IMG/VR virus record: IMGVR_UViG_3300020044_004639
Location: 1 to 29,634 of that record
Length of the DNA stretch: 29,634 nt
Origin: a virus
Taxonomy: Duplodnaviria; Caudoviricetes
Strand: one strand, 5' to 3'
The translations under genes were made by a program, and so were the position numbers. Shown here piece after piece: positions 17,018 through 24,715 of the stretch; the stretch's first letter is position 1; every line of letters starts with the position of its first letter. The notes under the pieces are model-generated. The model made no database searches, had not been told where the DNA came from, and was given only the letters and a program-made list of their open reading frames with translations.

Positions 17018-17569
17018 ATGTCGAACGTAATTAACCAAATTAAAACCTTATTGGGAATGGAAGTAAAACTTGCTCAAATGGCTTTAGAAAATGGTACTAT
17101 TATCGAAGCTGAAGTATTTGAAGCAGGCGCAAGTGTTTTTATCGTAAACGAAGAAGATAGAATTGCATTACCTGTTGGAGAATATAAGTTAGAAGATGGT
17201 ATGGTTTTAATCGTAGCCGAAGAAGGAATTATTGCTGAAATCAAAGAAGCTGTTGTTGAAGAGGAAACTCCTGAAGCAGAAGTAGAAGTTGAAGTAGAGC
17301 AAGAAATGGCCGAAGTTAAAGAGCCTAAAAGAGTAATTGAATCAGTTACTAAAGAAATGTTCTTTGCTGAAATTGATTCTTTGAAAAAAGAAATCGAAGC
17401 ACTTAAATTATCAAAAGAAGAAGTTAAAGTTGAAACAGTAGAATTATCTGCTGAGCCTTTAACACACAATCCTGAAGCTACAACTAAAAGAGAAATGCAT
17501 AATTTCTCACAAAATAGAACAAGAACAACTTTTGATTCAGTATTAAACAAAATTTCAAACTTTAAATAA
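17018..17569 (+). CDS. Capsid scaffolding protein
   Basis: Very acidic, coiled coil, directly before the capsid gene; LPVGEYKLEDG motif. Confidence 0.75.
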   Translation: MSNVINQIKTLLGMEVKLAQMALENGTIIEAEVFEAGASVFIVNEEDRIALPVGEYKLEDGMVLIVAEEGIIAEIKEAVVEEETPEAEVEVEVEQEMAEVKEPKRVIESVTKEMFFAEIDSLKKEIEALKLSKEEVKVETVELSAEPLTHNPEATTKREMHNFSQNRTRTTFDSVLNKISNFK

Positions 17570-17575
17570 TAAAAA

Positions 17576-18508
17576 ATGGCGACTACAACCTCGATTACAA
17601 CTACTTATGCAGGTCAGTTTGCGGGAAAATATATTTCTGCTGCTTTACTTTCTGCTTCTACTATCGAAAATGGTGGTATTGAAGTAAAACCAAACATTGC
17701 TTACAAAGAAGTTATCAAAAGATTAGCAACTAACGATTTAGTTAAAGATGCTACTTGTGATTTCGATGCAACTTCTACAATTACTTTAACTGAAAGAGTT
17801 ATCACTCCTGAAGAATTCCAAATCAATTTACAACTTTGTAAAAAAGATTTCAAATCAGATTGGGAAGCGATTCAAATGGGATATTCTGCATTTGATAATT
17901 TACCACCTTCTTTCCAAGATTTCTTGTTAGCACACGTGGCTGCTAAAGCTGCACAAAACAATGAAATTTCAATTTGGAGAGGTGCTAATGCAACTGCAGG
18001 TCAATTTGATGGATTTGTTACTTTAGCTACTGCTGATTCTGCAGTTATTGACGTAGCAGGTACTACTGTGACTGCTTCAAACGTTATTGCTGAATTAGGT
18101 AAAGTTGTTGATGCTATTCCTGCTACACTTTACGGACAAGAAGATTTATATATCTATGTTTCTCAAAACGTTGCTCGTGCTTATGTTAGAGCTTTAGGTG
18201 GATTTGCTGCATCAGGATTAGGTGCTAATGGTACAAATTCTCAAGGAACACAATGGTTCAACAACGGAAGTTTAACTTTTGATGGAGTTAAAATATTTGT
18301 TGCTAATGGATTAGCTAACAACTATATGATGGCTGCTCAAAAATCTAACTTATACTTCGGTACAGGTTTATTAGCTGACCACAATGAAGTGAAAGTGATT
18401 GATATGGCTGATATCGATGGTTCACAAAATGTAAGAATCGTTATGAGATTTACAGCAGGTGTTCAATATGGTGTAGGTTCAGAAATCGTTCTTTACACTC
18501 CTGCATAA
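17576..18508 (+). CDS. Major capsid protein
   Basis: 310 aa, strongly biased codons, IWRG...GQFDGF; after scaffold and before a strong terminator. Confidence 0.85.
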   Translation: MATTTSITTTYAGQFAGKYISAALLSASTIENGGIEVKPNIAYKEVIKRLATNDLVKDATCDFDATSTITLTERVITPEEFQINLQLCKKDFKSDWEAIQMGYSAFDNLPPSFQDFLLAHVAAKAAQNNEISIWRGANATAGQFDGFVTLATADSAVIDVAGTTVTASNVIAELGKVVDAIPATLYGQEDLYIYVSQNVARAYVRALGGFAASGLGANGTNSQGTQWFNNGSLTFDGVKIFVANGLANNYMMAAQKSNLYFGTGLLADHNEVKVIDMADIDGSQNVRIVMRFTAGVQYGVGSEIVLYTPA

Positions 18509-18530
18509 TTTTTGAATAACCAATTTCAAT

Positions 18531-18565
18531 AAAGGGAAGAAGTGATAAACAACTTCCCTTTTTTT
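18531..18565 (+). terminator. Terminator after the capsid gene
   Basis: AAAGGGAAG...CTTCCCTTT plus T run. Confidence 0.75.
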
Positions 18566-18576
18566 AAAAAATGTAA

Positions 18577-18882
18577 ATGATAGTATGTGAACATAAATAT
18601 TGCAATAACACATTTGAATATCGTTCAAATAAAAGGTTTTGCAGTAGAAGATGTAAAGAAAATAATAGAGAGATTGTAACATTAAGAAAAAGACCATATA
18701 GGTTATTTGTTTCTGATAGGTGTTCTAATTGTGGTTTTATTCCAATGCATATTTGTCAATTAGATGTTGACCATATAGATGGTAATAAAAAAAACAATAA
18801 TGTTTCAAATTTACAAACTCTTTGTGCTAATTGTCATAGATTAAAAACATTTTTAAGTAAAGATTGGATTAAAATTAAATAA
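18577..18882 (+). CDS. HNH endonuclease with N-terminal Zn-finger
   Basis: CEHKYC...FCSRRC; CSNC; VDHIDGNKKNNNVSNLQTLCANCH. Confidence 0.9.
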   Translation: MIVCEHKYCNNTFEYRSNKRFCSRRCKENNREIVTLRKRPYRLFVSDRCSNCGFIPMHICQLDVDHIDGNKKNNNVSNLQTLCANCHRLKTFLSKDWIKIK

Positions 18883-18908
18883 TTAATAACATATAAAAAT
18901 ATATACAA

Positions 18909-19436
18909 ATGGCTTGTGATTTAGGATTTGGTAGAATCGAACCTTGCAAAGATTCAGTAGGTGGATTGAAAGCGGTTTATTTCGTAAACTATGGCGATAT
19001 GACAGGCGTTACTTATGACGGAACCAATACAGACGTTATTGATTCAGTTGCAGGTACTCCTACCGCTTACAAATACGATTTAAAAGGTGCTTCTACATTT
19101 ACACAAAATGTAAACAGCTCAAGAGAAAATGGAACTACATTTTTCGAGCAAGTATTGGAATTAACTTTCAAGAAATTGACTGTTAAAGACCACAAAGAAT
19201 TGAAATTAATGGCTTATGGACGTCCTCAAGTTATCGTAGAAGATAACAACGGAAACTTCTTTTTAGCAGGTTTAGACCACGGAATGGATGTTACAGGTGG
19301 AACTATTGTAACAGGTGGTGCAATGGGTGATTTATCAGGATATACTTTAACGTTAACAGGAATGGAACAAGTACCTGCTAACTTTATTGGTGATACACTT
19401 TCAGGTGCAGGGTTTACTGTAGTTGTTGGTTCTTAA
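18909..19436 (+). CDS. Probable major tail (tube) protein
   Basis: 175 aa, MAC...GGLKAVYF, ENGTTFFEQ, GYTLTLTG; high-expression codons; own terminator. Confidence 0.7.
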   Translation: MACDLGFGRIEPCKDSVGGLKAVYFVNYGDMTGVTYDGTNTDVIDSVAGTPTAYKYDLKGASTFTQNVNSSRENGTTFFEQVLELTFKKLTVKDHKELKLMAYGRPQVIVEDNNGNFFLAGLDHGMDVTGGTIVTGGAMGDLSGYTLTLTGMEQVPANFIGDTLSGAGFTVVVGS

Positions 19437-19464
19437 TTAAAAATCATCTTTTTTTAATAAAATT

Positions 19465-19492
19465 GGGTAGCTTTTAAAGTTACCCTTTTTTT
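19465..19492 (+). terminator. Rho-independent terminator
   Basis: GGGTAGCTT-TTA-AAGTTACCC plus T7. Confidence 0.8.
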
Positions 19493-19498
19493 ATTTAT

Positions 19499-19528
19499 AC
19501 AAAAACAAAGATTGTTTATTTTTAAAAT
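19499..19528 (+). promoter_or_regulatory. Candidate late promoter, copy 5
   Basis: ACAA-N13-TTATTTTTAAAAT before the portal operon. Confidence 0.65.
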
Positions 19529-19534
19529 AAAACA

Positions 19535-19864
19535 ATGATAATTCTAAAAGAGCAAGAAACGTCACAAAATCTATATGCCACTATTGATGGTTTAGAAGCT
19601 GATGCTATTGTTTTACGTGATGAAGAAACTAATACAGAAGAAACTATTGAGTGCGTATTTTCAATCGATAAATATTACGCAGTTACTAACTTGGTATTTC
19701 CGATAAAACAAAATAAATTCTACACTTTAACAATTTTAAATGGAACTGATGTAGTTTATAAAGATAAAATCTTTTGCACAAATCAAATAATAGAACAATT
19801 TAGTATAAACAAAGATGTTTACACTCAAAGAACTTCTGATAACGAATTTATAATTTATGAATAA
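19535..19864 (+). CDS. Hypothetical structural protein
   Basis: 109 aa beta-rich; overlaps the portal start. Confidence 0.65.
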   Translation: MIILKEQETSQNLYATIDGLEADAIVLRDEETNTEETIECVFSIDKYYAVTNLVFPIKQNKFYTLTILNGTDVVYKDKIFCTNQIIEQFSINKDVYTQRTSDNEFIIYE

Positions 19865-21641
19865 CGTACACATTTTAAGTTTAAGCGCTTATAATTCTCC
19901 TGTAATAACAGAATCTAAAAATAAAGAGTTTGTTGAATACGGTGAAGATAATAACTATTTTCAATACTTAATAGATAGATTTTTGTATTCAAATACAAAC
20001 CACGCTATTATAACAGGTGTTGCTAATATGATTTATGGTAAAGGAATTGATGCTACTGATTCAAATCGTAAGCCAAACGAATATGCACAAATGATGTCTA
20101 TTATAAAACCAAATTGTTTACGTAAAGTTTCATTAGAGCGTAAACTTCTTGGAATGGCTTCAATGCAAGTTGTATACTTAAACGGAAAGGTTAAATCTGT
20201 TGAGCATTTTCCAATGCATACTTTAAGAGCAGAAAAATGTAATGAGAAAGGCGAAATTGAAGCGTGGAACTATCATCCTGATTGGAGTAAATATAAAAAA
20301 GGAGATAAATTAAAACGAATTCCTGCTTTTAGTTTTGGTAATGGTAAAGAAGTTGAGATATATATCATTAAGCCTTACATTTCAGGATACCATTATTATA
20401 CTCCGATAGATTATTCGGGTGCTTTACCTTATGCTAAATTAGAAGAAGAGATTTCTGATTATTTGATTAATGACGTAATGAACGGATTTAGTGGAACTAA
20501 AGTAATTAACTTTAACAACAATATTCCACCTGAAGAGAAGCGTCAAGAAGTTGCAAACGATGTTAAACGTAAATTAACAGGCTCAAGAGGTGACAAAGTA
20601 ATTGTTTCTTTTAATGCAAGTGCAGAAAACAAAACTACAGTTGATGATATTCCTTTAAACGATGCTCCTGCACATTACGAATATTTAGCAAAAGAATGTT
20701 TTGAGAAACTAATTGTAGGACATAGGGTTACAAGTCCGATGCTTTTAGGTATTCGTGACACAGGTGGTGGATTAGGAAACAATGCTGATGAAATTGAAAC
20801 TGCTACAAGGTTATTTGATAACATAGTTATTAGACCATACCAATTAGAAATCATTGAAGCGTTGGATGAAATATTAGCTGTAAACGGAATATCTTTAAAC
20901 TTATATTTTAAGACGATACAGCCACTTGATTTTATAGATGTAAATACTCTTAATGCAGAAACAAACGAAGAGGAAACAGGCGTTAAAATGTCTTCTGACA
21001 AGGTTTGTTGTTCTTCTGATAGTCCTTTAGATGATGAAATTGCACAAGGTTTAATAGACTTGGGTGAGTTTGAAAACAAAGATTGGGTATTAATTGACGA
21101 AAGCGAAGTTGATTACGATAATGATGATGCAGAAAACGAATTATTAGCTAAAGAACCAAAACAAAGTTTACTATCTAAAGTTTACAATTTTGTAAGTACA
21201 GGTTCAGCAAGACCAAAGGCTAAAAGTGAGCAAGACGAAAACATTGATGGTATTCGTTTTATAACTCGCTATGTTTATGCAGGAGAATTATCTGATAACA
21301 CTCGTTTGTTTTGTGATAAAATGATAAAAGCAAATAAAATTTATCGTAAAGAAGATATTATAAGAATGTCTGAACAAGCGGTTAATAAAGGTTGGGGTCC
21401 ACGTGGTGCTGATACCTATTCAATATGGTTATATAAGGGCGGTGGTGCGTGTCACCATCGTTGGAATAAGCAAGTTTATGCAAGTTTTGAAGGCGTTAAC
21501 ATTGATGTTAATTCACCTAAAGCAAAACAAATTGCAGGTGCAAAAGCTGAAGCGTATGGTTATACAATCAAAAACGCTGCTTTAGTTTCACAAAGACCGA
21601 TAGATATGCCAAACAAAGGATTTTTACCTAAAAACAATTAA
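19857..21641 (+). CDS. Portal protein with C-terminal MuF-like extension
   Basis: YGEDNNY, NGFS, LTGSRG, VGHRVTSPMLLGI, IRPYQ in the first ~360 aa; acidic linker; then RLFC...YKGGGACHHRW. Confidence 0.8.
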   Translation: MNNVHILSLSAYNSPVITESKNKEFVEYGEDNNYFQYLIDRFLYSNTNHAIITGVANMIYGKGIDATDSNRKPNEYAQMMSIIKPNCLRKVSLERKLLGMASMQVVYLNGKVKSVEHFPMHTLRAEKCNEKGEIEAWNYHPDWSKYKKGDKLKRIPAFSFGNGKEVEIYIIKPYISGYHYYTPIDYSGALPYAKLEEEISDYLINDVMNGFSGTKVINFNNNIPPEEKRQEVANDVKRKLTGSRGDKVIVSFNASAENKTTVDDIPLNDAPAHYEYLAKECFEKLIVGHRVTSPMLLGIRDTGGGLGNNADEIETATRLFDNIVIRPYQLEIIEALDEILAVNGISLNLYFKTIQPLDFIDVNTLNAETNEEETGVKMSSDKVCCSSDSPLDDEIAQGLIDLGEFENKDWVLIDESEVDYDNDDAENELLAKEPKQSLLSKVYNFVSTGSARPKAKSEQDENIDGIRFITRYVYAGELSDNTRLFCDKMIKANKIYRKEDIIRMSEQAVNKGWGPRGADTYSIWLYKGGGACHHRWNKQVYASFEGVNIDVNSPKAKQIAGAKAEAYGYTIKNAALVSQRPIDMPNKGFLPKNN

Positions 21642-21644
21642 GAA

Positions 21645-22157
21645 ATGGCTTACGCATTATTAATAAGTACAGAAGATGTAAAAAAATTCACTATTCTAAA
21701 TGGAAATTTAGACGTTGATGATTTTATTCAATATATAAAAATAGCTCAGGATATAACTATCCAAAACTATTTAGGAACTGATTTATACAATAAGTTTCAA
21801 ACATTAATTTTAAGTGGTGATATTAGTTTAAGTGGTAATGTAAAGTATAAAAATTTACTTACTGAATACATTAAACCTATGTTGATTCATTTTGCTATGG
21901 TTCAATATTTACCATTTGCTGCTTATACAATAGCTAATAAAGGAGTTTTTAAACATACTTCAGAAAACGCTACAAGTGTAGAAAAAAACGAAATAGATTA
22001 TTTAGTTGAGAAAGAGCGTGATATTGCTCAACACTATACACAACGTTTTATAGATTATATATGTTTTAATAATGCTGAATTTCCTGAATATAATAGTAAC
22101 TCAAATGGAGATATGTACCCTGACACAGATAACTTCTTCGGAAGTTGGGTGTTGTAA
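21645..22157 (+). CDS. Probable head-tail adaptor
   Basis: Helical; IKIAQDITIQNYLGTDLY; directly after portal. Confidence 0.6.
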   Translation: MAYALLISTEDVKKFTILNGNLDVDDFIQYIKIAQDITIQNYLGTDLYNKFQTLILSGDISLSGNVKYKNLLTEYIKPMLIHFAMVQYLPFAAYTIANKGVFKHTSENATSVEKNEIDYLVEKERDIAQHYTQRFIDYICFNNAEFPEYNSNSNGDMYPDTDNFFGSWVL

Positions 22158-22231
22158 AAAAACAAGAAAAAAAGTAGGCAATTATAAAAAGCCAAAACAA
22201 ACAAATACAAACAAATTAAAAACTTACTTAA

Positions 22232-22369
22232 ATGAACACAATAGGTTGGGGTCAATCAGTTGAAAATAATATAAATTGGGGTCAAAATGGAACTAATAAT
22301 ATTAACTTTGGTTCTGTTTATGAATATAGTTCATTTGGAGAAACCTCTTTAAAAAAAAAATTAAATTAA
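22232..22369 (+). CDS. Small W/F-G repeat protein (45 aa); extends to 22452 by a -1 shift at A10
   Basis: MNTIGWGQSVENNINWGQNGTNNINFGSVY...; TTT-A10 at 22348-22360. Confidence 0.55.
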   Translation: MNTIGWGQSVENNINWGQNGTNNINFGSVYEYSSFGETSLKKKLN

Positions 22370-22433
22370 TAACTGTTGACACAATTTTAACAACAATAGA
22401 TAACATTAAAATAACAATAGATAACATATATCA

Positions 22434-23108
22434 ATGGCTCAACAAACAATAAATGTAGGAACAAATCCTAACGATGGAACAGGAGATACTTTAAGAGGTG
22501 CGTTTGTAAAAACAGATGCTAACTTTACTGAATTATATTCAGGAAAACAAAACACTCTTATATCAGGAACTAATATAAAAACAATAAACGGAAATAGTAT
22601 TTTAGGTAGTGGTAATTTAACTATCGGTGGTATTACAGGAAGCGGAACAACAAATTTTGTTTCTAAATTTACAGCAGCAGGAGCAATAGGTAATAGTCAA
22701 ATATTTGATGATGGAACAAACGTAGGTATTGGAACTTCCGCACCTACTTCAAGGCTTCACATTGAAGGTACTTTTTATTCTGTAACTAATAATACATTTT
22801 TAGAAATAACAACTGATGTTATTCAAGCAAGTGCTTATAGTCAAGGTTTTATTTTAAACGAAACAGAAGCTATATTTGGTTATAGTCCTTCAGGAAATCA
22901 AACAGTAGTAAAGGCAACACAACAAGGGGTATGGTTTCGTAATGAATCAAACAATACATTTGGATTAAATGGATTTGACCCATTATTATTTACTAAAGAT
23001 TTAATTCAAACAACTTATGTTCCCGTAAACCCTTTTTCAGCGGTTAAATGGATAAGAATATATAGCGAAAATGATGCTCAAGATTATTTAATTCCTGTTT
23101 ACCAATAA
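22434..23108 (+). CDS. Fibre/appendage protein
   Basis: N-terminal INVGTNPNDGTGDTLRGAF...NFTELY, then LISGTNIKTINGNSILGSG and NVGIGTSAP fibre modules. Confidence 0.7.
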   Translation: MAQQTINVGTNPNDGTGDTLRGAFVKTDANFTELYSGKQNTLISGTNIKTINGNSILGSGNLTIGGITGSGTTNFVSKFTAAGAIGNSQIFDDGTNVGIGTSAPTSRLHIEGTFYSVTNNTFLEITTDVIQASAYSQGFILNETEAIFGYSPSGNQTVVKATQQGVWFRNESNNTFGLNGFDPLLFTKDLIQTTYVPVNPFSAVKWIRIYSENDAQDYLIPVYQ

Positions 23109-23120
23109 AATTAAAAAATA

Positions 23121-23249
23121 ATGGAAAATTTAAAAATAATTGAACAAGCTATAAATATAGCAGTTACAAAAGGTGCGTTTAATCTGCAAGAAATAGATAT
23201 TATTATAAACGCTTTAAAAGAGTTAAAGAAAAATGAAGACGTATCTTAA
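23121..23249 (+). CDS. Hypothetical protein (42 aa), possible fibre chaperone
   Basis: MENLKIIEQAINIAVTKGAFNLQE...; between fibre and holin. Confidence 0.55.
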   Translation: MENLKIIEQAINIAVTKGAFNLQEIDIIINALKELKKNEDVS

Positions 23250-23667
23250 TTATTTTTTTAGCGGTTTAATATTATTCTTTGCACCTATTCAGGGATTATT
23301 AATTGCAGTTGCTTTTGGTATTTTTCTTGATACTTTTACAGGTATTTTTAAGAGTGTTAAATTAAACGGATGGCGTTCTATTCGTTCAAGAATATTATCA
23401 AATATTGTAAGCAAAATGCTTTTATATCAAATTACTATTTTATTACTATATGTTATTGACAAATTTTTATTAAACGAATTTGTTTTACAGCATTTTACTA
23501 TTAAGTTTATGTTTACAAAATTAGTTGCAATACTTTTAATTTTTATTGAACTTGTAAGCATTAAAGAAAATATAGAAGAAGCGTTAAAAGTTGATATTTG
23601 GAAAATGTTAAAGAATTTATTAAACCGAGCCAAAGAAGTAAAATCAGATATTAACGAAATTAAATAA
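23233..23667 (+). CDS. Holin (phage holin 4-like)
   Basis: Three hydrophobic segments, DTFTGI and ELVSIKENI motifs, charged C-terminus; before the endolysin. Confidence 0.85.
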   Translation: MKTYLNYFFSGLILFFAPIQGLLIAVAFGIFLDTFTGIFKSVKLNGWRSIRSRILSNIVSKMLLYQITILLLYVIDKFLLNEFVLQHFTIKFMFTKLVAILLIFIELVSIKENIEEALKVDIWKMLKNLLNRAKEVKSDINEIK

Positions 23668-23668
23668 T

Positions 23669-24079
23669 ATGCGTGATATTAAATATATCGTAATTCATTG
23701 TACAGCTACACAACCAAACACAAAAAAAGAAGCTATTTTAAATTATTGGAAAAATACGTTAAAATGGAAAACTGTAGGCTATCATAGATTGATTGATGCT
23801 AATGGAGTTATTCACGAACTTGCAAAATACGAACAAATAACAAACGGAGTTAAAGGTTACAACTCAGAATCTATACACTTCAGTTACATTGGTGGAATTG
23901 ATGAATCAGGTAGACCAAAAGATACACGTACAATAAAACAAAAAGAAAGTTTATTGTATTTAATTAAACAGGCTAAAAAACAATTTCCTAATGCTATTGT
24001 TCAAGGTCATAAAGATTTTAAAGGCGTTGTTAAGGCTTGTCCAAGTTTTGAAGCTAAAAACGAATATAAAGACATTTAA
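23669..24079 (+). CDS. Endolysin, N-acetylmuramoyl-L-alanine amidase (T7 lysozyme-like)
   Basis: IVIHCTAT, GYH, GHKD and KACPSF Zn-ligand motifs. Confidence 0.92.
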   Translation: MRDIKYIVIHCTATQPNTKKEAILNYWKNTLKWKTVGYHRLIDANGVIHELAKYEQITNGVKGYNSESIHFSYIGGIDESGRPKDTRTIKQKESLLYLIKQAKKQFPNAIVQGHKDFKGVVKACPSFEAKNEYKDI

Positions 24080-24090
24080 GACATTATTTT

Positions 24091-24543
24091 ATGAAATATA
24101 TATATTTACTTACTTTTATTATTTTAGCGTCTTGTGGGTCACGTAAAGTAGCTGTAGAGAAACAAGAGAAAGAAGTTGAAACAAATATTAAAGAAAATAT
24201 AGTTACAACTGATAGCTCAAATGTTGAAATTAAATTTAATTATCAATTAGAAACTTTTACTGTAGAAGCTAAAGATAATTTAAAACCATTTACTTATAAT
24301 GGTAAAACGTATTTTAACGTCGTTTTAAGACACGAAAACAAAAAAGACAATAGTTTATATAAAAAAGATATTAGAGTTGTTAAAAACGAACAAAAACAAT
24401 CAAATATTAAATCTAAAGAAGTAATTAAGAATAAAAATATAGAAAGAGATAATTATAATATTAAATATTATATTATATTTTTTATTATATTATTATTAAT
24501 TATATATTATATTATTAAAAGATATTTTAAAATTATATTATAA
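24091..24543 (+). CDS. Probable unimolecular spanin
   Basis: Lipobox LASC at aa 12-15 plus C-terminal TM YYIIFFIILLLIIYYII; follows holin and endolysin. Confidence 0.7.
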   Translation: MKYIYLLTFIILASCGSRKVAVEKQEKEVETNIKENIVTTDSSNVEIKFNYQLETFTVEAKDNLKPFTYNGKTYFNVVLRHENKKDNSLYKKDIRVVKNEQKQSNIKSKEVIKNKNIERDNYNIKYYIIFFIILLLIIYYIIKRYFKIIL

Positions 24544-24636
24544 TATTATTATATATATATATTATATTAAAATAAGCGTGTGCGCGCGAGAATAAAAAAA
24601 CTTCACTTATTAACTTTCTTGTTAATAAACATTACT

Positions 24637-24644
24637 TACATTTG
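24637..24644 (+). promoter_or_regulatory. Bacteroidota -7 promoter box
   Basis: TACATTTG matches TAnnTTTG, upstream of the NinG-like gene. Confidence 0.5.
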
Positions 24645-24715
24645 TATTCACCATTTGCAATTCTATATAATTCAGGGAGTTGTTACGGGAATAATAACTT
24701 CCTGATATTTTTAAA

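Noticed and set aside
17074-17550. 158-aa minus-strand ORF
   Set aside because: Ser/Thr-rich mirror of the Glu/Val-rich scaffold codons
20675-21079. 134-aa minus-strand ORF
   Set aside because: Antisense shadow of the portal gene
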